Assembly (NCBI RefSeq): GCF_002087085.1
Contig: NZ_MWQY01000008.1
Coordinates: 124,001-188,000 of the forward strand
Direction: 5' to 3'
Length of the DNA: 64,000 nucleotides
Of the stretch, positions 49,069 through 58,353 are shown piece by piece. Position 1 is the stretch's first letter. The number at the start of each line of letters is the position of its first letter. A program made the position numbers and the translations under genes. The notes below the pieces were generated by a model that saw nothing but the letters and a program-made list of their open reading frames with translations, made no database searches and was not told the DNA's origin.

Positions 49069-49292
49069 TGAATTACGTTCGAATAGCCGCAGACGAGTGC
49101 AAGGGCTGCCGCCTCTGCGTGCAGAACTGTCCCAACAACTGCCTGGGAATCGGTTCCGAGATAAACCAGATGGGATATCAGGCCGCGGTCTTCAAAAACC
49201 CCAACTGTACCGCCTGCGGAATATGCTTCTACGTCTGTCCGGAACCCGGCGCCGTTACGGTGTATAAGAACGAGGAGCGGATCAATGCATAA
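49068..49292 (+). CDS. 2-oxoacid:ferredoxin oxidoreductase delta (2x4Fe-4S) subunit
   Basis: CKGCRLCVQNCP and CTACGICFYVCP. Confidence 0.88.
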   Translation: MNYVRIAADECKGCRLCVQNCPNNCLGIGSEINQMGYQAAVFKNPNCTACGICFYVCPEPGAVTVYKNEERINA

Positions 49293-50343
49293 GCAGCTGA
49301 TGAAAGGAAACGAAGCAGTCATATACGGCGCCCTGCTGGGAGGCGCTACCCACTTTTTCGGCTACCCCATAACACCGGCCAGCGAAATAGCCCACGCCGC
49401 GGCGGCCTACTTCAGGGCCGCCGGCAGAGTATTTCTCCAGGGCGAGTCGGAGGTCAGCGTTATCAACATGATCTACGGTGCCGCCGGTGCCGGAGCCCGG
49501 GTCATGTCCGCCTCATCCGGGCCGGGGGTAGCCCTTATGGCCGAAGGGATCTCCTACATAGCCGGAGCGGAACTGCCCGCGGTCCTTGTGGATGTACAGC
49601 GTGCCGGTCCGGGACTCGGCAACATATGGCCGGAACAGTCCGATTACAACATGGTGGTAAAAGGGGGAGGCCACGGAAACTACCGCAACATAGTGCTGGC
49701 CCCGAACTCTGCCCAGGAGATGTGCGATTTTACCTACAGGGCTTTTGAGCTGGCGGACAAATACCGCATGCTCGTTTTCATTCTGACGGATGCCTATATC
49801 GGACAGATGATGGAGCCCGTCTCCTTCCCGGAAAAAGTACTCCACGGAGAACGCCACCCATGGGCGGTCTATGGAGACTCCCGGAGCAGGGAAAACCTTA
49901 TCACCTCCATCCTGATGAACAGGGAGCTGCTGTCCCGGCACAACCTCCACCTCCAGGAGAAGTACCGGCGCATCGAGAAGGAGATATGCGATTTCCAGGA
50001 AGTACAGACAGAAGATGCCGAGCTGATCTTCGTGGCCTACGGAATCAGTTCCAGGCTCTGTTACTCTGCGGTATCCCAGCTGAGAAAAAAGGGAATAAAA
50101 GCCGGACTGCTGAGGCCCAGGACCCTCTATCCCTTCCCGCGGCAGCGCCTCAAGGAGCTTTCTTCCTCGGCAAAACTGTTTATCACCGTGGAACTGTCCA
50201 ATGGACAGATGGCCGACGATGTGGAACTCGCCCTCGAGGGCCGCAGGCCTCATCTGCTGTACAACTGGATGGGCGGTGTAGTTCCGGAGGTGTCGGAGAT
50301 TATAGCCCGCACCGAGTCCGACATGCAGGGGGTACCGGTATGA
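49285..50343 (+). CDS. vorB: 2-oxoacid (2-oxoisovalerate-type) ferredoxin oxidoreductase alpha subunit
   Basis: GNEA, FGYPITPASE, SSGPG, RAGPGLGNI.PEQSDY, GGGHG. Confidence 0.8.
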   Translation: MHKQLMKGNEAVIYGALLGGATHFFGYPITPASEIAHAAAAYFRAAGRVFLQGESEVSVINMIYGAAGAGARVMSASSGPGVALMAEGISYIAGAELPAVLVDVQRAGPGLGNIWPEQSDYNMVVKGGGHGNYRNIVLAPNSAQEMCDFTYRAFELADKYRMLVFILTDAYIGQMMEPVSFPEKVLHGERHPWAVYGDSRSRENLITSILMNRELLSRHNLHLQEKYRRIEKEICDFQEVQTEDAELIFVAYGISSRLCYSAVSQLRKKGIKAGLLRPRTLYPFPRQRLKELSSSAKLFITVELSNGQMADDVELALEGRRPHLLYNWMGGVVPEVSEIIARTESDMQGVPV

Positions 50344-51743
50344 TAGTAAAGGAAAAACCGAAAAGCTTCTACGAGGTCTTTGAACGCAAGGGCCCCGGGC
50401 AGAAAACGACCCATTACTGCCCCGGATGCGGCCACGGCACGGCGCATAAGCTTCTTGCCGAGATTATCGACGAGATGGGTATTCAGGACCGGACGGTGTT
50501 TCTCTCCCCCGTGGGATGTTCCGTCTTTGCCTACTACTATTTTGACACCGGGAATATTCAGTGCTCCCACGGCCGCGCACCGGCGGTGGGCACCGGGGTC
50601 AAACGGGTCCGGGACGATGCGGTGGTCATCTCCTATCAGGGAGACGGAGACCTGGCCGGAATCGGCACTACGGAAATAATCCACGCCGCCAACCGCGGGG
50701 AAAACATGACGGTCATTTTCATCAACAACGCCATCTACGGTATGACCGGCGGCCAGATGGCACCCACGACCCTCAGCGGACAGAAGACCCTGACTACCCC
50801 CGAAGGACGTGACCTGTCCCTTGACGGGGCACCCATCGGCATGGCGGAGGTCATGAATGCCCTTGCCCCTCCGGTGTATATCGAACGGGTGAGTCTCTCC
50901 TCCCCCGCCGGCATAATGAAGACCCGCCGGGCTTTCAAAAAGGCCCTTCAGAATCAGATCGACAAAAAAGGCTTCTCCTTCGTGGAAGTTCTCTCCCCCT
51001 GCCCCATCAACTGGAAGATGGACCCCGTCAGGGCCCGGGAATGGATGAAGGAGACCATGGAGGAGATCTTTCCCCCGGGATGTCTGCGGGACACCGCCGA
51101 TCAGTGCACGCCCCACACCCTGCTGAAACCCCTGAACGACCGGGAGCTCATGGACCTTTTCCGGGTAAAAAAGGAACTGCCCCAGGTGCAGAAACAGGAA
51201 CTGCCCCAGGAGCAGCACATCAAGATATCCGGCTTCGGCGGACAGGGCGTACTGTCAGCGGGAATTCTGCTGGCCAACTGCGTTATCGCCGAAGGCCTTG
51301 AAGCAACCTGGCTCCCCTCCTACGGACCGGAGATGCGCGGCGGAACCGCCAATGCCAGCGTCATTCTTTCGCAGGAGGCGATAGGTTCTCCCGTTGTCGA
51401 CGAGCCGAACGTTCTCATGGCGATGAATCTTCCCTCACTCCTGAATTTCGAGGAAAAGGTGCTCCCGGGAGGACTCATAATCGTCAACTCCTCAGTCGTT
51501 GACCGCAAGGTGAAGCGAAAAGACGTCAAAGCCCTGTATGTACCCGCCTCCGAGATGGCCAGAAACGAAGGATTGATCTCAGCGGCCAATATCGTAATGC
51601 TGACGGTGTATCTGCTTGAGTCCCGGGTTGTGGATCTGGAGACCTTCAAGGCAGTTCTGCCCCTCAGCCTGAAAAAGAAGGAGTTCCTGGATCTTAACCT
51701 GCGGCTCATACAAAAGGCAGAAGCCTTTTATGCGGGCCTCTGA
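50340..51743 (+). CDS. 2-oxoacid:ferredoxin oxidoreductase fused beta-gamma subunit
   Basis: HYCPGCGHG, YQGDGDL..NN..YGMTGGQ; then SGFGGQG, SYGPEMRGG; ATG 50340 overlaps the alpha stop. Confidence 0.9.
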   Translation: MIVKEKPKSFYEVFERKGPGQKTTHYCPGCGHGTAHKLLAEIIDEMGIQDRTVFLSPVGCSVFAYYYFDTGNIQCSHGRAPAVGTGVKRVRDDAVVISYQGDGDLAGIGTTEIIHAANRGENMTVIFINNAIYGMTGGQMAPTTLSGQKTLTTPEGRDLSLDGAPIGMAEVMNALAPPVYIERVSLSSPAGIMKTRRAFKKALQNQIDKKGFSFVEVLSPCPINWKMDPVRAREWMKETMEEIFPPGCLRDTADQCTPHTLLKPLNDRELMDLFRVKKELPQVQKQELPQEQHIKISGFGGQGVLSAGILLANCVIAEGLEATWLPSYGPEMRGGTANASVILSQEAIGSPVVDEPNVLMAMNLPSLLNFEEKVLPGGLIIVNSSVVDRKVKRKDVKALYVPASEMARNEGLISAANIVMLTVYLLESRVVDLETFKAVLPLSLKKKEFLDLNLRLIQKAEAFYAGL

Positions 51744-52815
51744 CTCCATCTTTGTCCTGGTTATAAACCCGGGATCCACCTCCACCAAGCTGGCTCTCTT
51801 TCACGGGGAGACATGCCTGCAGAATTATACAATCCGCCATTCCGCAGAGGAGCTGAGGCGGTTCTCCTCCGTCGCCGGGCAGAAGAATTACCGAAAGGAG
51901 CTGACCGAGACCTTTATCAGCGACACGCTGCCGAAGGATGCAGAGCTTGCGGCCGTCATCGGCCGGGGCGGACTCCTGGCACCTTTGGAAAGCGGGGTCT
52001 ACTCCGTGAACAGCAGCATGCTGGAGGACCTGGAAAGCGCCCGCTGGGGAGAGCATGCAAGCAACCTGGGAGCAATCCTTGCGGAGGAAATCGCCCGGCC
52101 CAGGGGCATACCCTCCTACATTGCAGACCCGGTTGTTGTGGACGAAATGCTTGACGAAGCCCGCTTCTCCGGCTGCCCGGAGATACAGCGGGTCAGTATC
52201 TTTCACGCCCTGAACCAGAAATCCGCCGCACGCAAGGCCGCAGCCCGGCTCGGCAAAAGCTATGAAGAGCTGAACCTTATTGTAGCTCACCTTGGGGGGG
52301 GGATCTCAGTTGGCGCCCACCGCCGGGGACGGGTCATCGATGTAAATAACGCCCTGGATGGGGACGGTCCCTTTTCCCCGGAACGCAGCGGAGGCCTTCC
52401 GGCAGGTCAGCTTGTCAGCCTGGCCCTGGAGTACCGGGACAGAGAAAAGGAAATCAGAAAAAAGATTGTCGGACAGGGCGGAATGGTCGCCTATCTGGGG
52501 ACCAACGATCTTCAGGCAGCCCTGGAGCGCATAAACGCCGGAGACACGAAGGCAGAAGCCGTGGTCCGCGCCATGGCCTACCAGGTCGCCAAGGAGATTG
52601 CTTCCCACGGTGCAACCCTCAAAGGGCGTATCGATGGAATAGTACTGACCGGAGGAATAGCCTGCAGCGGCTATGTAACGGACCTTATCCGAGAAAGGGT
52701 CTCGTACCTCGCACCCGTGCTTGTAATAGAAGGAGAGCGCGAAATGGAGGCCCTTGCAGAGAACGCCCTTGGGGCACTGAACAGAACCCGGACGATTAAG
52801 GAGTACCGCCGGTGA
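51730..52815 (+). CDS. buk: Butyrate (branched-chain acyl) kinase
   Basis: INPGSTSTK, HASNLG, FHALNQK, HLGGGISV, ERSG. Confidence 0.95.
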   Translation: MRASDSIFVLVINPGSTSTKLALFHGETCLQNYTIRHSAEELRRFSSVAGQKNYRKELTETFISDTLPKDAELAAVIGRGGLLAPLESGVYSVNSSMLEDLESARWGEHASNLGAILAEEIARPRGIPSYIADPVVVDEMLDEARFSGCPEIQRVSIFHALNQKSAARKAAARLGKSYEELNLIVAHLGGGISVGAHRRGRVIDVNNALDGDGPFSPERSGGLPAGQLVSLALEYRDREKEIRKKIVGQGGMVAYLGTNDLQAALERINAGDTKAEAVVRAMAYQVAKEIASHGATLKGRIDGIVLTGGIACSGYVTDLIRERVSYLAPVLVIEGEREMEALAENALGALNRTRTIKEYRR

Positions 52816-53687
52816 AGCTCGATCAGTTTCTTAAAGTCGAAAGGAAGACGACGGTCGCAGTCCCCTTCCCCGAGGATGATGCAATCCTGAAGACCTGTAA
52901 AACAGCGGCGGATCAGGACTGGGCCAGCTTCCTTTTTATCGGAAATCCGGAAACAATCGAAAAGGCCGCCGCAAATACAGGCCTTAAACCCGGTTCCTAC
53001 AAATGTGAGAAGGCGGAAAATGAGACCGAAGCCTGCGCTCTTACAGCCAGATACATAAAGGAAGGGAAAGCCCAGGTCGCCATGAAGGGACAGGTGCATA
53101 CCGGGGAGTTCAGCCGCGCCCTCTTCTCGAAGGATGCCGGACTGCTGGAACCGGGCAGACTCGTCAGCCACATGGCACTGTGTCAGGTGGCCTCGTATCA
53201 CAAGCTGCTCTTTCTTACGGACTGCGCCATAAACATCAGGCCGGATTACGCGGATAAACTCCGTATACTCGATAACGCCGTCGATCTTGCGAAGCGGCTC
53301 GGCATATCCAGGCCGAAGGTCGGCCTGGTGGCCCCGGTGGAAACGGTAAATCCCAAGATAGACTCAACAACCGATGCGGAGAAGCTTCGCCGTGAATATG
53401 ATCCGCAAAAAGCCCTGCTGGGAGGCCCCTTCGGCCTGGATGTCGCCCTCTCTGCAGAAGCGGCGCGGATAAAAAAGATAGAGAGTCCCGTTGCTGGAGA
53501 CGTGGACATTCTTCTATTTCCGGAGCTGAACTCCGGCAACGCCGTCTACAAAACCCTCACCGTTCTGGCCGGAGCGACCATCGCCGGCCTTCTGATCGGC
53601 CTTCAGGCTCCCGTGGTGCTTACCTCCCGGGCCGACAATGCTGAGACCAAACTACTGTCCCTGAAATTAGGCCTCGCCTCCGTGTAA
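52812..53687 (+). CDS. ptb: Phosphate butyryl/acyl-transferase
   Basis: MKGQVHT, TDCAINIRP, GPFGLD.A, GNAVYK, LTSRAD. Confidence 0.85.
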   Translation: MKLDQFLKVERKTTVAVPFPEDDAILKTCKTAADQDWASFLFIGNPETIEKAAANTGLKPGSYKCEKAENETEACALTARYIKEGKAQVAMKGQVHTGEFSRALFSKDAGLLEPGRLVSHMALCQVASYHKLLFLTDCAINIRPDYADKLRILDNAVDLAKRLGISRPKVGLVAPVETVNPKIDSTTDAEKLRREYDPQKALLGGPFGLDVALSAEAARIKKIESPVAGDVDILLFPELNSGNAVYKTLTVLAGATIAGLLIGLQAPVVLTSRADNAETKLLSLKLGLASV

Positions 53688-53731
53688 ATCCGGACACCGG
53701 GGAATGAAGCTGGACCTTTGCGCCAGATATA

Positions 53732-55648
53732 TTACTCCCGGGCCAAAGGTTCAAGAGTCTCAACAGTTTCCTGCTCATTGATTTCGAATATGGCGACCTG
53801 CTCATGCAGAGAGTGCGTTACGGCAACCATCGATTTTACCAGGGCAAGAGACTCTTCCGCATCTCTGCTGACCCTGGTTGCCTCATCGGTCATGGAACGG
53901 GCGGCATCGCTGACCTTCGTGCTGACACTGACAAGTCCTCCGATAGCGTCTATAGCGACCCTTCCGCTGACCAGCATCTCTCGTGACCCGGTTTTTACCC
54001 CTTCGGTGATCCTGCCGATTTCTTCCAGTGAAGATAGTATGATCTCGCTGCTTTGGGACTGAACATCCACCCTGCCTTTAATATCATTCAGAAGTGTGTT
54101 CACCTGTTCTGCGGAACTCGCAATATGGGAAAACGAGGCTTCCGTCTCTGCGGAGATTGCCACAGCCCGTTCAATAGACGCTCTGACTTCATTCAGGTTT
54201 TCAGAAATTGTCCGGGACTGCAGATTGGATACTTCGGAGAGTTTTCGTATCTCTTCCGCTACAACCGAGAACCCCCGTCCTGCATCGCCGGCGTGCGCTG
54301 CTTCTATGGCGGCGTTCATTGCCAGAAGGTCTGTCTGCGATGCAATCTGCTTGATCGTCGTATTTGCATCAATAATCGCTTCTGAACGAGCGCTCAAGGT
54401 GTGTACCGTCTCTTTCAGTTCATCAAGCCGGGACCTCCCGTTACTTGTTACCTGCTGTAAATGGTCCGATTCGACTGCGCTCCGTCCAAGATTTTCTGCA
54501 GTCTCCCGAATGCTTTCGATCAGTGCGGTAATGGAACGATTGCTTTCCTCCACCGTTGAAGACTGCGTGTTGATATTCGTATCCTGTTCTTCGATAGTCC
54601 GTTCGATCTCCTCCATATTCGAGGAAACTGTCGTTATTATATCGCTCTGCCGGGAAATGACCTCTTCTACCTGAGATGAGAGCAGATTAATCTGTCCGGC
54701 GGAATGACCCGTTACTGTCATGGAATCCAGCAGACGGTCTGTACCGGTTAAGGTTTCCTGTGCACCCTTCCGGGTATTGAATACGATGGCCGAGAGATTT
54801 GCGAGAAAATCATTGAAACTTCGCCCCAGAGCACCGATCTCATCCCGGTATTTCGTTTCCAGACGAATGGTCAAGTTTCCATTGGAGACGTCCTTCATGG
54901 CATGAAATATGGACTGAACGGCATTCGTAAAGCGATTACTGTAAAGAATTGAGATCAGTAGACTCACTGCCACAGCCACAAGGGAGGCGGAAAAAAGGAC
55001 GTTTCGCAGCCGATCGCCTACCGAGTCGCTCGTCTCGGTTACAGCATAAATATCATCCGTCAGTATTCCGTCCAGTGCCCCCACCGCCCGGGAGATCGTG
55101 GTATAGGTCGTCTGTAAAGTCCGAGCCGGCTGCTGCAGCACAATGCGGAAATATTCTTCATTGAAGACTGCTGAATTGTCGTTTGATCCCGTTGCATCCG
55201 TTACCGGAGATGAAACATTGCCAAGGGCCTGCCCGACGGAACGGGACAGAATCTGTTGCCTCCGTTCGATGACGGGAAGCAAATTGTTCTCGAATGTTTC
55301 GAGATACGAACCTATGCCGGTGTTTAAAACGAATACCAGGGTCTGTTGGACTTTCGGCATGCCCTTTCGATCAAAACCGCCATTCTCGCTGAAATACGAT
55401 TTCAGGCGGGTATACTCCTGGATTCCTACCTGATTACGGTTTTCAATCAGAGACTGAATATTGTTCTGCACATTATCGACCATAGCAAGGGCGTCACGAT
55501 ACGACAGGATGCGGCGGTTGTCTTCATCGATCCGATCGATGCCCCGGGAGAGAGAGTGAATACCCCAATATCCCGCACCGGCTATAACTACGATAAGCAG
55601 AACTATACTGAGAAAGGCGGAAATCAGCTGAAAACGTATACTTCTCAC
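53732..55648 (-). CDS. Methyl-accepting chemotaxis protein
   Basis: TM, periplasmic domain, TM, HAMP (DEIGAL), [36 protein letters not shown]. Confidence 0.93.
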   Translation of the reverse strand: MRSIRFQLISAFLSIVLLIVVIAGAGYWGIHSLSRGIDRIDEDNRRILSYRDALAMVDNVQNNIQSLIENRNQVGIQEYTRLKSYFSENGGFDRKGMPKVQQTLVFVLNTGIGSYLETFENNLLPVIERRQQILSRSVGQALGNVSSPVTDATGSNDNSAVFNEEYFRIVLQQPARTLQTTYTTISRAVGALDGILTDDIYAVTETSDSVGDRLRNVLFSASLVAVAVSLLISILYSNRFTNAVQSIFHAMKDVSNGNLTIRLETKYRDEIGALGRSFNDFLANLSAIVFNTRKGAQETLTGTDRLLDSMTVTGHSAGQINLLSSQVEEVISRQSDIITTVSSNMEEIERTIEEQDTNINTQSSTVEESNRSITALIESIRETAENLGRSAVESDHLQQVTSNGRSRLDELKETVHTLSARSEAIIDANTTIKQIASQTDLLAMNAAIEAAHAGDAGRGFSVVAEEIRKLSEVSNLQSRTISENLNEVRASIERAVAISAETEASFSHIASSAEQVNTLLNDIKGRVDVQSQSSEIILSSLEEIGRITEGVKTGSREMLVSGRVAIDAIGGLVSVSTKVSDAARSMTDEATRVSRDAEESLALVKSMVAVTHSLHEQVAIFEINEQETVETLEPLARE

Positions 55649-56160
55649 TCCGTCACCACCGGTAAACCTGCAGACAGCCAGCCCCCGTTCATACCGCCGG
55701 CAAGGGAGACTGCTTCAAACCCCATCATTCTCAGAACTCCGACTACCTGTCCCGCCGCCTGACCGCTGTAACAGGTCACAAGCAGACTCCTGTCTCTGGG
55801 GAGTTCATCCAGGTGATGCCCCACGTCAAACCACCAGATGTTCACAGCTCCCTCGATGTGTCCCCTGGCAAAATCTTCTGCCCGTCGAATATCCAGGACC
55901 ATAACCGGTTCGTTATTGCTTAAACGCTCATGCAGGGCAGAAGGAACAATGATATTTTTATTTTCGTTTGATAAGCCGAGGAAGTATTGCTGCCCGGCCT
56001 CTTCCAGAGCTTCTTCCCCGGCTACAACCTGGGAGAGGAGTTCCAGGATCTCGGTATCCGACATTTCCTGGAACTCCGTCTGAGAACACCCAGGCATGAA
56101 CAGGAAAAATGCAGGCACGGCAAGGAACAGCAGAAAACGTTTACTCATTGAAAATTTCAT
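55645..56160 (-). CDS. Rhodanese-domain lipoprotein
   Basis: Lipobox-like MPGC; LDIRR..F..GHIEGA, active loop CYSGQ, LAGGM.GGW. Confidence 0.85.
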   Translation of the reverse strand: MKFSMSKRFLLFLAVPAFFLFMPGCSQTEFQEMSDTEILELLSQVVAGEEALEEAGQQYFLGLSNENKNIIVPSALHERLSNNEPVMVLDIRRAEDFARGHIEGAVNIWWFDVGHHLDELPRDRSLLVTCYSGQAAGQVVGVLRMMGFEAVSLAGGMNGGWLSAGLPVVTE

Positions 56161-56342
56161 AGCTCAATTTTACGTGCAGGTGGTGATTTTCGCAAGAAAA
56201 TTACGATTTATTCGAATCCGCAGGAGTGGCTGAAGGACCTCAGCCCACACGAGGCGGCAAAGTGGCAGCGTCGACGGTATATGCAAGTCACCAGCGGAGA
56301 AGTTTCAAAAATAGCCTGCGCCTCCGTATAGCCAGATATCAG

Positions 56343-56780
56343 CTATGGGTGCCCTCCTGCAATTGCTTCCCTGGCTGCTTTCTCTATTTCATCATCGATT
56401 GCATCATCAAAAGAGAAGGAGTAAATCTTCCACTCGTTATCCGGTTTATAGAACTGGAACTCCATTCTTAAGGGTTGTCGATCATGCAGGGCAAGATACG
56501 TTAAATGCACAAAACGGTCAGCTATACTGACTGCGCCGAGGAACTCCTCACCGTAATACCGGCCTACCAGGCCTTGCACACCTGTAAGCTGGTTCTGCAG
56601 ATTCCGGACAGTATCCGGTGACGAGCTGATCCACCTGTTCGTACTGTAAATGCTCTCCAGTGCTTCAGCATACCTTTGAGAAGCATAGAGCTGAAAAAAC
56701 TTTTCCACCTCGGCCGAATAGTCTGCAAGCAGCAGTGATGCCGACAAAAACATGATCAGTATCGGAATAATCTTTTTCAT
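56343..56780 (-). CDS. Secreted hypothetical protein
   Basis: AGGAGGAG RBS, MKKIIPILIMFLSASLLLA signal peptide. Confidence 0.7.
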   Translation of the reverse strand: MKKIIPILIMFLSASLLLADYSAEVEKFFQLYASQRYAEALESIYSTNRWISSSPDTVRNLQNQLTGVQGLVGRYYGEEFLGAVSIADRFVHLTYLALHDRQPLRMEFQFYKPDNEWKIYSFSFDDAIDDEIEKAAREAIAGGHP

Positions 56781-56984
56781 GTGTTTTCTCCTCCTGCGAT
56801 AGACATATTCTACCCGCTTTCGCCGTTCGACGGAATCCGGCCATGGCATGGTTGACCGGAGGAGAAAAATACTCAAGCCCAGATGATATCTCGATGCATT
56901 GCCGGTTCCAGCGGAAAAGCTCCGGCCAAAGTCTACATGCAATACACGGATTTTACCGTGATGTATCCCTGCATCCTCCCTCCC

Positions 56985-58091
56985 TTATATATTTCGAACA
57001 GAGGATGCGTCAGGTATCTCCTTCTCTGCATTACAGTGCTCGCAGTAGGGAAGCAGCGAATGCCGAATTCCGTGGCATTCCGGACATTCCTCAAAAAGCG
57101 GAGTACCGCAGGCCGGACACGAGTAGGGCCTTTCTTCCTCAGCCTTATTCGGAAGGACAATCTTGTTTACCGTCCGCCTGGTCCAGAACAGAAACCTGCG
57201 AGGACCCGTTCGGACCGGATACTCACAGACAGGGCAAAGAAAACGTTCATAGGCTTCACGGTATTGTCTGGTCAGCCACTGGGTCCTGGGAAAAGCTGCA
57301 ACACGAATAAAGTAGATCAGGAGCTTGACCACGGCGATCAGAAGTCCGATCACGAGTACGTACTTGAAATACCGTGTAGGAAAATACTCATGGATTACGA
57401 GAGATACCTTCAGCAGTACCGCTGCTCCGTAACCTGCGAAAAGAGGGAAATAAATGCTGTCGCGTTTTTTTACAATCAGAAACGCTCCGGCAGCCAGAAG
57501 CGGAACCAGTATCAGAAGTTGCAGCATGGCAAGACGTAAATCATGATTTTCCTTCAGCCGCTCATACTCGCTTCTGGCGGGTTCACGCTGACCTTCGATT
57601 TCTTTTTCCAGATCCAGTCTTTCGGACTCTAATCCCCGCTTCTGATCCATGAGTTCTGAAAGCTCTTCATTGTACACCTGATACTTCTCCTGGCTGTCAA
57701 GAAAACTTTCGAGGCTCTCGGACAGATTGATCTGCTCTGCTTCGGGCAGCACAGCCGATTCTTGCACTGTGACTTTCTGTAGTTCGATCAGCTGATTGAT
57801 GGTTTTCTGAAGATTCTGAGAACTGTCGCTTACAATCTGCATCTCCTCCCGCTTACTGGCTATATCGCGATCAATTTCCGCAATGCTCTCCGCAAGCCTC
57901 CCCTCCTGCTCCACAAGGGCCTGATCAACGTATTCTTTTTCTATCTCGCTATACCGGGGACCCTGTATCGACTCAATATCCCCGACAAGAAATCCGAGAA
58001 CCCAATATACGAGTATGGCCAGAATCACTGTAAAAAGACGTATCGAGAAGCGATGAATCCAGGGACCCCTGGGCTTTGGTGCTGTTTTCAT
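56985..58091 (-). CDS. Membrane coiled-coil protein with C-terminal zinc ribbons
   Basis: TM, long coiled coil, 3 TM, CPVC..CPAC..CPEC..CEHC; AGGAGG RBS before ATG 58091. Confidence 0.75.
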   Translation of the reverse strand: MKTAPKPRGPWIHRFSIRLFTVILAILVYWVLGFLVGDIESIQGPRYSEIEKEYVDQALVEQEGRLAESIAEIDRDIASKREEMQIVSDSSQNLQKTINQLIELQKVTVQESAVLPEAEQINLSESLESFLDSQEKYQVYNEELSELMDQKRGLESERLDLEKEIEGQREPARSEYERLKENHDLRLAMLQLLILVPLLAAGAFLIVKKRDSIYFPLFAGYGAAVLLKVSLVIHEYFPTRYFKYVLVIGLLIAVVKLLIYFIRVAAFPRTQWLTRQYREAYERFLCPVCEYPVRTGPRRFLFWTRRTVNKIVLPNKAEEERPYSCPACGTPLFEECPECHGIRHSLLPYCEHCNAEKEIPDASSVRNI

Positions 58092-58353
58092 TTTACCTCC
58101 TGCACCAGGAAAGTATATATCTATAAATGAAAACATGAATACCATGCAGATATTTCCCGGGGTTCTTCCAGGATACACTGCTTTTGAAGGACTGCTCCGG
58201 CTTTTTCGTCTCGTTGCTCACTAATCCGGAAACCATGGCTATTGACTATCCTTTATCACCAGCTTGACATGTTTTGTCATTCGGTTATCTACTTTTGCAT
58301 ATACGCCCAGAGAACCTGAAGCCCATGAGTTTACAAAGGAAATGATACAGTTT

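Noticed and set aside
49860..50339. N-terminal extension of the beta-gamma ORF
   Set aside because: Overlaps the alpha subunit out of frame; ATG 50340 gives the normal coupled start
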